A stretch of DNA of 63,798 bases, counting the filler, from Octopus bimaculoides (Eukaryota), in the NCBI RefSeq assembly GCF_001194135.2. It is 7 parts of 5 records of this genome, joined end to end, with 100 filler letters (N's around TTAATTAATTAA, not from the genome) between each part and the next. Parts side by side here need not be neighbours in the genome. Positions count along the whole stretch, not along the records: positions 1 to 9,608 come from NC_068982.1; positions 9,709 to 30,452 come from NC_068982.1; 5 more parts are not named here. One strand, 5' to 3'. The notes under the pieces were generated by a model, which saw only the letters and a list, made by a program, of their open reading frames with translations, did not search any database and was not told where the DNA came from. Made by a program: the position numbers and the translations under genes. This document shows, in pieces, positions 1 to 11,161 of this stretch. Position 1 is the first letter of the stretch. The number at the start of each line of letters is the position of its first letter.

Positions 1-237
1 ACATGTCATATACAAAAGTGTAAAACCATTGAGTTTTAAAGTAAGTATTACTATTACACTTTCACTTTTCGACTGACATGCGTCAATGTATATCTGTGTA
101 TATAACAGTGAAACAATAACGTGGTATATTCGCTGTGTGAATTTTTTTCATTTAATCCCCATTTTAATTATCGTAAAAGTTTCCAAGTACCAATGAGCAA
201 CAATTTCATTCCCGGGCAACGCCGGGTGGCTCTGCTA

Positions 238-238
<1 letters not shown>
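1..238 (+). mobile_element. Helitron 3' terminus (non-autonomous, 5' part outside window)
   Basis: GC-rich hairpin CCCGGGCAACGCCGGG at 211-226, then CTAG at 235-238 followed by T: the classical Helitron 3' end signature. Confidence 0.75.
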
Positions 239-280
<42 letters not shown>

Positions 281-281
<1 letters not shown>

Positions 282-790
282 ATTGCCGGTGTCACATAAA
301 AGGTACCTGTGCTGATGTCACATAAAAGGCAACCATATATATATATATATGGATGTGCCAGTAGAGTGCTAACAGCACCATCTAAGCACGATCATTGCCA
401 GAGCAGCTGTCTGACTTCCATACCGGTGGCACGTAAAAAGCACCATTTGAGCGTGATTGTTACCAGCGTCACTTTACTGGCACGTGAAAAAACATTTAAG
501 CAAGGTCGTTACCAGTGCCGCTGGACTGGCTCCTGTGCAGGTGGCATGTAAAAAACACCATTTGAGCGTGGCCGTTGCCAGTACTGCCTGGCTGGCCCTC
601 GTGCCGGTGGCACGTAAAAGCACCCACTACAATCTCGGAGTGGTTGGCATCAGGAAGGGCATCTGTAAAAACTCTGCCAGATCAGATTGGAGCCTGGTGC
701 AGCCATCTGGTTCACCAGTCCTCAGTCAAATTGTCCAACCCATGCTAGCATGGAAAGCGAACGTTAAACGATGATGATGATAATGATTAT
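281..790 (+). mobile_element. Non-autonomous RTE-related retroelement with internal ~60-bp subrepeats and (GAT)n tail
   Basis: Repeated GGTGGCACGTAAAAGCACC-like units at 425, 478, 540 and 606. 3' block AACCCATGCTAGCATGGAAAGCG-ACGTTAAACGATGATGATG is shared with 46789-47154, 48272-48554 and 51380-51528. Confidence 0.7.
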
Positions 791-802
791 TATTATTATT
801 AT

Positions 803-993
803 TAGCAAAATTGTTAGCACGCCAAACAAAATGCTTAGCAGTATTTCATCTGTCTTTACATTCTGAGTTCAAATTCCGCCTGCCAACTTTGCCTTTCATC
901 TTTTAAGGGTCAATAAAATAAATACTAGCTGAATACTGGGCCCAGTGTACTCGACTTACCATTGAAACTGATGGCCTTGTGCCAAAATTTGAA
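803..993 (+). mobile_element. tRNA-derived SINE with Nin/Deu-like central domain
   Basis: B-box-like GAGTTCAAATTC followed by TTTGCCTTTCATC...GGTCAATAAAATAAATAC; same family as 8549-8758. Confidence 0.75.
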
Positions 994-1384
994 GAAGGGG
1001 TTGCTGCTGCCACTGCCACTGATGTTTGAAACACAGTTTGATAAAAGGTTAAAATTTAAATCACTTCAAAACAAAAAGACTGTAATATGCCAGGCAGGTT
1101 GGTATCAAAAGAGTTAAACATCTCTAATAGGAGGTTTTCCCTACTAATTACTTGGATACTTGGATAACAGATGTTTGTAAAGGCAGCCCCTACCATGTTT
1201 GTATGTATACGGAATGCTCCTCTGTGATATTTTCCTTTCAGCCAATATTGCTGAAAAATGGTGTACACGTATTTAATACTGAGTATTTTAGAATTTAAAA
1301 TATTTTTTGTGTTGTTGGCACAGAAGAACCAAAGAAAACACATATACTCATTACATACGATATCATTATCATCACCATCAATCA

Positions 1385-1640
1385 CCATCACCACCACCAT
1401 CATCGCTACCATCATCATCATCTTTTAGCATTCATATTCCATACTGGTATGGGTTGGATAGTTTGACCAGATCTGACAGGTCTGAGGACTATATGGTTTT
1501 TTTAAAGTTTGCTTTGACATGGCTTCTACAGCTGGATGCCCTTCTTAACACCAACCACTTTACAGAGTACACTGGGTGCTTCTTTCATAGCATCAGCACT
1601 AGTGAGGTTGCTATGCAACTTTGCAGGACTAATATCCCCT
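1385..1640 (-). mobile_element. Degenerate copy of the RTE-tailed non-autonomous element
   Basis: (CAT)n followed by CCATACTGGTATGGGTTGGA and CTACAGCTGGATGCCCTTCTTAACACCAACCAC, the reverse complement of the family 3' region. Confidence 0.6.
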
Positions 1641-3844
1641 TTGACTAAGTGGAACTACAGTAGAGAGAGAGGCAGCTTTATGCAAGGCTAGGAGATGACA
1701 GTTAAAGCATGAGAGTAGGGAGCTGGACCAGAACCAGGTTCTTGCCATAGAGGTGCTACATGGCTACTCACATTATAGAAAAGAGGATGATGGGAACCAG
1801 AATAAAGCTGTAAATACATAAAAATGTCATTGAAACTCTTTCTCCTAAGTCTTTTTTGGACCATCTCTTTACAAGGAATGGGCTTGGATAGAGTGAGTAA
1901 ACAGCTTGCTTGTTAAAAGTAGCTGATGTCATTGATATAGCTACAGACGTGGCAAACAGAGAAAAAAAAACACAGCACACATGTTGCTTTATAGTTGTGA
2001 TATATTGATTAATCAGCTTTTACTAATAAACTTTATAACTTTCCTTTTGGATGTAATCTAAAATCTATGTGTGTATTGTGTAGCAGGAACTGTTCCAGAT
2101 GTGTGAGCAATCCTCCAATGTGGTACTTTGTTTTGAAGTAAATAAACAGCTGATCAGGATTTGTCACCTTTTCTTTTTTAATTAATGGATCTGGAAGAAG
2201 TAGCAGTAGCCATCCATGACCTTTGCAGGCCATCCAAGACTATGAGACTGGTGCCATTAATTTTCTTCTTGGACCATTGTAAGTGAAACACCTGTGTGAA
2301 AGATATAAGTAGGAAGAGAATCCCAAAGAGCCAATTTTCTAGGTAGTAACTGGATATACTGATGTGTGGGGTAAACAAGGGCCATTTTAATCAATGGTAT
2401 GTAGGTAAGGACTTCATAAGAGATTAAAAAAATACGAGGACCAATTTTTGCAAGTTTTGAAAGTTTTATTTGTGAGATTCATGCATATGAATGATTAGTG
2501 CAATGTTGCTTCCACTGTGTTTGTATTGTTAACAAATACTAGGTTATCATGTGTAGCAAGTCATAAAAGGTGGCAATATGACATAATGGTCATTTGCTCG
2601 AACAAGCATAATTGTTGGTAATCCCATTGGTTAAAATTACTGCCCATATACGAATTCTAAACTTTCATCAAAGAAATCTTTCACGAAATACGGTTCTTAG
2701 AATTCGGATATGAGCAGTTATAAAAACCCTGATTTTTGGGAAATTACTTAGTGATCGTAGGATGATACTAAACTCCACGACACTCACTCTTTGCGATATT
2801 GGCTATTTTTTATGCCATGTCTATGAGTTAAATCCAACAAGACTTATTTGAATTGTTGTGAAGGTAGTATGAAGGATTAGCTAGTGTGAATTTTTAAGTC
2901 ATAACTCTCTACGGCAAAATGACTTTACTTTCCAATTGTATTATAAATGCTAAATGTACATAAATAAACTAATGTAGTAATTATTTTCTCTTTCTTCATG
3001 TTCTTCAACTTGTTAATGAAATTTATCTCTGCAATTATTGAAACTGTGTATTTTTTTTTTTTATAGCAGTTAAAAGAACACAAATTTATTTATCTTCAAC
3101 ATACATACACGCATAAAATGTCTGTTAGTGTTTCAGAGTATATATTTTTCGCTATGGTGTTTATGTAGCTGGAGCCAGGATTTATGTATAATGATAACAC
3201 TTATAAGTAAGTTATAAATGACATATTTATCAATAAATATTCCTACTTCAAAAGTAAAATATATTTATTATCCTTTTCCAAATAGGAAACATATAAAAGT
3301 AGTGTTACACAAACAGTAACCAAACCAGCTATAAAACATGTAACCATTGGACAATGTTTCCAAGATCTCTATCATTCTCTCTTTAAAGATATCCAATTGA
3401 GCCAAAACAGTTATTTTCAAATCAAGTCACAAAAGTCTGACAAAAGAGACAGAAATAGGTGTATTGTAGTAGAGGACATACACAGCTACCTCAGTTGTAG
3501 AGAGAGAAGAGAGGGTGGTAAGATGGTGAAGATGTTATAAGGTGTACACCTAAGTTACAAGGAGGTATATATAGTAAAGTGCACCAAGGATTGTATAAGT
3601 TGGGTAAGTTCGCAAGACAGTGGAAAGGGTGGTAGATACAGGGGAGGGAGGAATGGAGTGAGTGGACACAAACAGAAGGAGAGGTATTAGGAGAATCTGT
3701 TGTGGGGAAGACATAACATGGATTCATTGTAAGTAGGTTTCCAGGGGTGCAAAGAGAGATTGGAAGACAGAAGGGGAGGAAATACAAGTGGTGAACTCAG
3801 GTGGGGGGGATGTAGAGGTGTTAATTGTGGAGGAGAGGTTTTAT

Positions 3845-4510
3845 TTAACTGGACAGGATCTCTTCATCACAGCAAATTGCCAATTGTCTTGGTCCTTTGT
3901 CATCTCTTCTGTGAGACTTAACATCTGAAGATCATTTTACACTATTTTGTCCTCCTCCACAGGTTCCCCCACATTCAGAGATCAGCTTTCACATATTTTC
4001 TGCAGTCACAGCTCATGTTTCACTACAATGTGGGATAACTGTTCATACATAGGCATATAATCCGTTTTTCATTCTGAGGAGGGGGCCCTTTGTTACCAAC
4101 AAAGGTATTAGCTCTCTGAACTTTGCCCAGCCATTTCTGATTCTAGCAACTACACTTTCAGAGCATCTTCCTCCACTGCTAATTTGGCCACCTAGGTAAG
4201 AGAAACTGTCTACTACCTCTAAAGATCCTACAGAGCAGTTGAGGAAATCTATTTACAGTGACTGTAAAGTATTTATTGTTCCTGCACATCTGCCACACAC
4301 AAAGACTACTTTCTCTGTTAACCGTCCTCTGATTCCACAACCCCTCTTATGTGTTCATAGCTTACACTGAGTATACTTTATGGAATTTCTACCGATACCA
4401 TTTCTACATACTGAGCAAGGCCATTTCCCTGAAGGGACTAGTAATTTGTTTGCTTTCATACTTTGGTCTTTGCTAAATTAACTCTAAGGCCCCTTGATTC
4501 TATACTTGAA
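3845..4510 (-). mobile_element. RTE-clade LINE ORF2 C-terminal remnant (stops and frameshifts)
   Basis: Minus-strand translation gives GLRVNLAKTKV, KWPCSVCRNGIGRNSI..CKL.THKR, FVCGRC, LEVVDSFSYLGGQISSGGRCSESVVARIRNGWAKFRELIPLL and a DQDNWQ C-terminus, all typical of RTE post-RT sequence. Confidence 0.8.
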
Positions 4511-4732
4511 ATTTCTTCTCTCAGATGTAAATGAATGAACAAATAATCTATATTTTTCCTTATGATGATAATAACCTCCCCACCAAAAGACATATGTCAG
4601 TTCTTACATTTTATCTCCATATCATCATCATCACTTAATGTTCATCTTCCAGGCTGGTAGTGGATGGAAAATTCAACAAAGTACAACAAGCCAGAGACTG
4701 CAGTGAGCTTTAACAGGTTTCTATAGCTAGAT

Positions 4733-4879
<147 letters not shown>

Positions 4880-5179
4880 TTCAAAAAAAGGAAAAAGACA
4901 AAAAACAACAATGTGAGGACGTGATACAGATTGTGTTACAAGACGCTCGGGAAAATAAGAATCTAAACACATACTTTCTATTTTAAAGCCAGCTGTCAAC
5001 TGCAAAGAATTATGGCTACCATGCTTTTGCTAACTGTTTTAAGTGTTTATGCAGTTGCAAGCAGACATAGATGCACTCTTGACTCTCCCATCCTTTGACC
5101 CAGCGATACATGCTGGATGTGATAGTTGGAGGGAGAAAGAGCTGTACCAGCACTCAGCTGACACTACTTTTCAATCAAA

Positions 5180-5297
5180 TAGAGCAACATGAAATTAAGT
5201 GCCTTGCTCAAGGACACAATGCATTTCCCAGTCCTGGATTGAACCTACATCATTATGATCAAGAGCCAAATATTCTAACCACTAGACCACACTCCTT
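5180..5297 (-). mobile_element. tRNA-derived SINE head with CORE/V-like motif
   Basis: Reverse complement reads GTGGTCTAGTGGTTAG (A box)...GGTTCAATCC (B box)...GTGTCCTTGAGCAAGGCACTT. Confidence 0.6.
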
Positions 5298-6381
5298 CAC
5301 ATCTATGCTACTACTGTATAGAAAAAGAGGGAAGGAGTGTCCTGATGGACCATTTTATGGTTTGTTTACTACTCCTCAGACATGTCACACATAAAGCATT
5401 CAGAAACTATGTAAGGTACTTGTAAATTAGATTTTGTAATATTTAAATTTATTCTTTTTTTTTTCTTTTTTTTTTTCCAGATTTATGCTGTGTGGTGCTT
5501 AAAATTTTATTTAGTTAATGATGAACCATAAAAAGCACAACTATGCAAACTAAACTATCTGCAATGGTGCCAGATAGAATGTATTTACATTCTTATTTCA
5601 ACCATAGTAAGGTTTTGTAGATTCCAGTCCCATTGCATGGTACCTTGGGCAAGTGCTTTCTACTATGACAATGGTGATAATGTGTATACATTGAATGAAC
5701 AAATGTGAGTGAGTTCGTATTTCCTTGTCTACATGTGTTTGTTCACTAATTATCAACAACGGCTTCACTAGTGGTGTCATTCACTCACAGTTCACCATGA
5801 AAGCAAATCTGAGCTCCCTATCACATCTTGACATATTGTAAGATCTTTCAAAAATACAAAAGCTTGTTTATCTGTTGTTTGTTTCCAATTCTCCACATAA
5901 ATGTCTGGGCTGTTTGTTGTTTGATAGACTGGGAGATTATTAACTTAGTTGGAAATAAGTGGAGGTTGATGACAGGAAGAGCATCCAGTCATAGAAACCT
6001 TTGCTCCAACATACTCTCATCTGACCCTTGCAAGCATAGAAAAAGCAGATGTGAAAATGATGATGATGATGTATTTATATTTCAACTAGCTTCATTGAGA
6101 CATGTATGTTACTGAAAGATGATGAAATATTTGAAGTAATATGAATCACAAGTGTCCAGCTTCAGCCCATCAGGCTTCTCTATGCACATATTGTATACTC
6201 TTAAGCACAAATACAAGAATGTATAGAACTTATTTCATTCTATATGTGGATTGTAATTGTTCTTTATACTTAACTCTCTTGACACCAACTCACCCAAGAC
6301 TGTACTTGTTTCTATTATATTACAATCTACCTGTTTTAAACTGATCTATATTGAAACCTTTCAGAAAAAATGTCATTATAT

Positions 6382-7008
6382 CTAATCCTTTTGATACCAG
6401 CTCACTTGAGACTGGCTCTGCTTGTATGATACAATCTTCCTTTTTTAAAGTGAACTAAATTAAAACCTTACATGAAATATCTCATGTTAGTTTATGTTCC
6501 AAACGTGGAGGCACAATGGCCCAGTGGTTAGGGCAGCGGACTTGCGGTCATAGGATCGCGGTTTCGATTCCTAGACCAGGCGTTGTGAGTGTTTATTGAG
6601 CGAAAACACCTAAAGCTCCACGAGGCTCCGGCAGGGGATGGTGGCGAACCCTGCTGTACTCTTCCACCACAACTTTCTCTCACTCTTTCTTCCTGTTTCT
6701 GTTGTGCCTGTAATTCAAAGGGTCAGCCTTGTCACACTGTGTCACACTGAATATCCCCGAGAACTATGTTAAGGGTACACGTGTCTGTGGAGTGCTCAGC
6801 CACTTGCACGTTAATTTCATGAGCAGGCTGTTCCGTTGATCAGATCAACTGGAACCCTTGACGTCGTAAGCGACGGAGTGCCAACAACAACAATGTTCCA
6901 AACAACAAGTATTGACAAGGTTATTTTACTAAATTCTTCATTATTTAAAAAAATTAACTGAAACAAAGGTAGTGTATTTTGACAGAAATATGTAACAAAA
7001 CAGATAAA
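6382..7008. mobile_element. Degraded MITE (possibly TTAA/piggyBac-type) interrupted by a SINE
   Basis: Decayed termini CTAATCCTTTTGATACC and TGTAACAAAACAGATAA; the SINE at 6505-6892 splits it with a TSD. Confidence 0.35.
6505..6892 (+). mobile_element. Full-length young tRNA-derived SINE with (CAA)n tail
   Basis: A box TGGCCCAGTGGTTAGG, B box GTTTCGATTCC, 3' stem-loop CGTCG-TAAG-CGACG, 11-bp TSD ATGTTCCAAAC (6494-6504 and 6893-6903); near-identical copy at 44191-44584. Confidence 0.92.
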
Positions 7009-7178
7009 TAAAGCATGGTCAGCAACAGTGAAGTTTCAAAAATGTGGTACTATTAAATCTATTTTTCATGCAAGTATAGATAGTGATTTTGCCAAATTTT
7101 TGAAGCAACTATTTTTGCAGCAGGATGCCTTTCATTCATAAAGTACATAGGGGTACTTGTTACCAGCTAGATGATATA

Positions 7179-7397
7179 TAAGAGGGTACTGAAAAGTTCC
7201 TGGCTTTGGGTAAAAGAATATACAGGAAGATCAGTTAATTATGGTTTTATTCAACATATACCCCACTGAGATTCACACACTTATTGCAGTGGTCCTTCAT
7301 TTTTTTTCTAAGCCCTGTAAAAGAACTTGGAAGGTCAGGCCTCCAACTAGGCTTTTTGTGACACCCTTAAAGCTAGGAACTTTTCAGCACCCCTTCA
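7179..7397. mobile_element. Mariner-type MITE
   Basis: TIRs GAGGGTACTGAAAAGTTCCTGGCTTT and AAAGCTAGGAACTTTTCAGCACCCCT, about 220 bp in total, starting at TA. Confidence 0.8.
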
Positions 7398-7780
7398 CAC
7401 AAACAAACCACAACAGTGGTAAGGAAGACAGTCTACTTAATCTGCCACAAAACTTGTATGAGGAGGGTGAAAAATGCTGATAAAAATTTTTGTAGAATTA
7501 GATAAAGACCAAACCCAAAATCTTTATTTATAAATGTAAAGCTTTGACATTTCAAATGAAATTACCATGTTTTATGGCATAAAAGATGCGTGGACATATT
7601 AGATGCAACCCAATTTCAGCAGCGCATATTCAGGAAAAAGAGTGTAAGGGACAAATGTAGCTTATGAAAGGCCCAACTTCACAGACAGGACTTGAGGTGA
7701 TTAGTTTTAAGACATTTTTATGAAAACACATGTCATATATTCCATTGAATACATTAAGCAAAAATTATAGATTAATTTAC

Positions 7781-7856
7781 CTGGTTCAGGACCTTCAGTT
7801 AACAAAGCAGGAAAATCATTTTGGAATACAAATGTTCCTTTATAATCAGGATTTAC
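7781..7856 (-). CDS. GALT: Galactose-1-phosphate uridylyltransferase, internal exon (equivalent of human exon 3)
   Basis: ttttctatatatgtag|GTAAATCCT...GAACCAG|gtaaat. The 76-nt, phase 0 to 1 exon encodes VNPDYKGTFVFQNDFPALLTEGPEP, versus human GALT [25 protein letters not shown] (recalled), with the same exon length and phase. Confidence 0.9.
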
Positions 7857-8548
7857 CTACATATATAGAAAACAAATCAATAATAGTCGGGGGNNNNNNN
7901 NNNNNNNNNNNNNNNNNNNNNNNNNNNNNNNNNNNNNNNNNNNNNNNNNNNNNNNNNNNNNNNNNNNNNNNNNNNNNNNNNNNNNNNNNNNNNNNNNNNN
8001 NNNNNNNNNNNNNNNNNNNNNNNNNNNNNNNNNNNNNNNNNNNNNNNNNNNNNNNNNNNNNNNNNNNNNNNNNNNNNNNNNNNNNNNNNNNNNNNNNNNN
8101 NNNNNNNNNNNNNNNNNNNNNNNNNNNNNNNNNNNNNNNNNNNNNNNNNNNNNNNNNNNNNNNNNNNNNNNNNNNNNNNNNNNNNNNNNNNNNNNNNNNN
8201 NNNNNNNNNNNNNNNNNNNNNNNNNNNNNNNNNNNNNNNNNNNNNNNNNNNNNNNNNNNNNNNNNNNNNNNNNNNNNNNNNNNNNNNNNNNNNNNNNNNN
8301 NNNNNNNNNGCTACATACAAATCATTTAAAATTATTGGGGTACATTAGGTCAAGACTGAAGAATATATTTATGGCTTAAATCTCAGCTCTTTATTCATTT
8401 ATAAATTGCCTTCCTCCTTCCTTTTAAGTCAATAAGAGCAACATTAATCTTCTGATCAAAAGATAGTATCTTCATAGAAGTCATTAAAGTAATAGGTTTC
8501 CTGGTATTTCACAAACGATCTAATAATGTTTTAATATTCATTTCCTCA

Positions 8549-8758
8549 AGGTGGTGAGCTGGTTAAACGTTAGCACGCCAGGCGAAATGCTTAGCGGTAT
8601 TTCATGTCTTTACATTCTGAGTTCAAATTCTGCCAAGGTCAACTTTGCCTTTCATCCTTTTGGGGGTCGATAAAAAAAGTACCAGTTGTGTACTGGGGTC
8701 GATCTAATCAACTGGCCCCTCCCCCAAAGTTCCAGGCCTTGTGCCTAGAATAGAAAAG
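8549..8758 (+). mobile_element. Full-length Nin/Deu-domain tRNA-SINE
   Basis: GGTGGTGAGCTGG head, GAGTTCAAATTC B box, TTTGCCTTTCATCCTTT..GGTCGATAAAA..GTACCAG domain, 16-bp TSD AATATTCATTTCCTCA (8533-8548 and 8759-8774). Confidence 0.9.
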
Positions 8759-9179
8759 AATATTCATTTCCTCATTCTGGTGTATGAATGTGAATAAGTG
8801 TGTGAGAGAGACTGAGAGAGAGAAAGAGAGAGAATGAATGTGTGACTGTGTGTGTGTGTGTGTGTGTGTATGTGTGTCTGCACACACAAACATATATGTA
8901 GCAGCATGACTGAAATGTATTCTGATTAGCTGAGTAATTTTCTCACCAGATTTGATTTCATTAGGTTATGACTCTGCTTCAAGACTTCTCGTCCCCACCG
9001 CCTATTCTTATAGCAGCAATTTACTCACACAGTGTGTTTATTTATTAACTAATTGTCATCCTAGTTTTATCAGACCAGTCTAAGTCCTTATAAGGATGTA
9101 AACAAATCAAGACTGGTTTTCAAGCAGTGATGGAGAACAAACACAAAGCTTTGTGAGTGGGTATAGTAGAAAAAAAACT

Positions 9180-9308
9180 GAAGGCTAACAAATTTGGGTG
9201 GGGGGAGTCAATTACATCGACCCCCAGCACTCAACTGGTGCTTATTTTATTGACCCTGAAAGGATAAAAGGCAAAGTCAACCTCAACAGAATTTGAACTC
9301 AGAATTTG
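9180..9308 (-). mobile_element. 5'-truncated Nin/Deu-domain SINE
   Basis: Reverse complement of the family from the B box to the 3' end; abuts the Helitron fragment. Confidence 0.8.
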
Positions 9309-9607
9309 TTCCATTGCAGAGTCTGGGTGCATCAAGGTTTCTTAATAGCATTATGGGAGCACCTATTTTCACGATCAGAATGTGTGGTGGAAATCCTGGT
9401 GGCTGAAGTGAATTGAGGAACTCCACTGGGTAATGTGTTGCCTGTTGTTGATCAGGGACAGAGTTAATTGATCTGTATGAACATTCAGGTCCTTGAAGCT
9501 GAGTTAACAAATTTAAATTCAGCTTGTCTACAGAATCATTCCTTGGTGCCAGAATTGTTCTTTCACATAACCACTTGTGACTTTTGTAGTTTGTGGCAAT
9601 GTTTGGA
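9305..9607 (-). mobile_element. Helitron RepHel PIF1-like helicase fragment
   Basis: Uninterrupted frame PNIATNYKSHKWLCERTILAPRNDSVDKLN...YPVEFLNSLQPPGFPPHILIVKIGAPIMLLRNLDAPRLCNGT, which carries hallmark Helitron helicase motifs; runs into the gap. Confidence 0.92.
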
Positions 9608-9652
9608 ANNNNNNNNNNNNNNNNNNNNNNNNNNNNNNNNNNNNNNNNNNNN

Positions 9653-9664
9653 TTAATTAATTAA
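9653..9664. other. TTAATTAATTAA spacer inside N gaps (assembly linker; also 30497, 40300, 46733, 52936, 57462)
   Basis: An identical 12-mer flanked by Ns on both sides six times; it places stops in all six frames. Confidence 0.95.
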
Positions 9665-10029
9665 NNNNNNNNNNNNNNNNNNNNNNNNNNNNNNNNNNNN
9701 NNNNNNNNAAAAACTTTAATAAGTAGAGATTGAAACCTCTATCATCTTGCAATGCTGTTGAACTAATTATAAATACCTTTATTCAGGAGGTCGTCTCTGC
9801 AGCAACAAGAATAAGCTTAAAAATGGGATATTTATTTAAATCTATTCTCAATAATGATCTGATGCTGTGTTAGATTTAAATATCTCATTTTTTTACTGAA
9901 CCTAGAAGTGGGCGACCCAGTAAACCAGTGGGTTAATGGCATGGTGAGGCAGAACAACAACTAAGATGCAAGATTCTGTCCATGGTTCAATAATGCGCAA
10001 TATTATCGAACTCACTCTTTCTTGGTCTA

Positions 10030-10494
10030 CCCTAGGTCCACAACTTGTTTTTGGGGCAGGGTCCTCAAGTACCTCCGCCATAGGGTCCTATCAGAAGTAA
10101 CTGTCATTAGACCTTGTAGATGGATTTCCAAGCATGGCCAACACAGGCTATGGATAATATCCAACCATTTCAGTCTTGGCCTACCCCTTGGTCTCCTATC
10201 TGCAGAGGGCGTAGAGTTCTCAAGCACCTTATCTGACATGGAGCTATGTGGCTCTTCGGAAAATGATGATCTCCAGCATTCATTGAATGGCTTAGCTGAT
10301 ATTTGCAGACGACATGGAATTTCTGTCATGAGTGTTGAATAATGGCCGAAAGAACAGGATCGAGAATACAATCAGCCGAAATGGTTTACCTCCGAAGGGT
10401 AGTCTGAAGGAAAGTTATTCCACAGGGTGTGTAGCTCGGTGATCAGGGAGTCGCTACATTCTTCAAGCCAAGCCAACTGGCAGGAGACCAAAGT
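10030..10494 (-). mobile_element. RTE LINE C-terminal remnant
   Basis: RRPRGRPRLKWLDII...DRTLWRRYLR, the typical RTE C-terminus; related copy at 48884-49240 shares ATAGGGTCCTATCAGAAG. Confidence 0.7.
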
Positions 10495-11161
10495 NNNNNN
10501 NNNNNNNNNNNNNNNNNNNNNNNNNNNNNNNNNNNNNNNNNNNNNNNNNNNNNNNNNNNNNNNNNNNNNNNNNNNNNNNNNNNNNNNNNNNNNNNNNNNN
10601 NNNNNNNNNNNNNNNNNNNNNNNNNNNNNNNNNNNNNNNNNNNNNNNNNNNNNNNNNNNNNNNNNNNNNNNNNNNNNNNNNNNNNNNNNNNNNNNNNNNN
10701 NNNNNNNNNNNNNNNNNNNNNNNNNNNNNNNNNNNNNNNNNNNNNNNNNNNNNNNNNNNNNNNNNNNNNNNNNNNNNNNNNNNNNNNNNNNNNNNNNNNN
10801 NNNNNNNNNNNNNNNNNNNNNNNNNNNNNNNNNNNNNNNNNNNNNNNNNNNNNNNNNNNNNNNNNNNNNNNNNNNNNNNNNNNNNNNNNNNNNNNNNNNN
10901 NNNNNNNNNNNNNNNNNNNNNNNNNNNNNNNNNNNNNNNNNNNNNNNNNNNNNNNNNNNNNNNNNNNNNNNNNNNNNNNNNNNNNNNNNNNNNNNNNNNN
11001 NNNNNNNNNNNNNNNNNNNNNNNNNNNNNNNNNNNNNNNNNNNNNNNNNNNNNNNNNNNNNNNNNNNNNNNNNNNNNNNNNNNNNNNNNNNNNNNNNNNN
11101 NNNNNNNNNNNNNNNNNNNNNNNNNNNNNNNNNNNNNNNNNNNNNNNNNNNNNNNNATCTG

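Noticed and set aside
425-625. CRISPR-like repeat-spacer appearance of GGTGGCACGTAAAAGCACC units
   Set aside because: The spacers are homologous to each other and between loci, there are no cas genes, the context is eukaryotic, and the array is part of a dispersed retroelement.
1770-1805. HHPLF segment as GALT exon 4
   Set aside because: The HHPLF frame is phase 0 and the segment is 36 nt; GALT exon 4 needs a phase-1 start, about 49 nt and a G.C ending.
6505-6580. Possible tRNA genes at SINE heads (also 44191, 40035, 8549)
   Set aside because: A and B boxes are present but there is no complete cloverleaf, and the heads continue into SINE bodies with TSDs.
9653-9664. TTAATTAATTAA recurring six times, which could look like a conserved motif or piggyBac target
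   Set aside because: Always isolated between N runs; it is an assembly spacer with six-frame stops, not biology.
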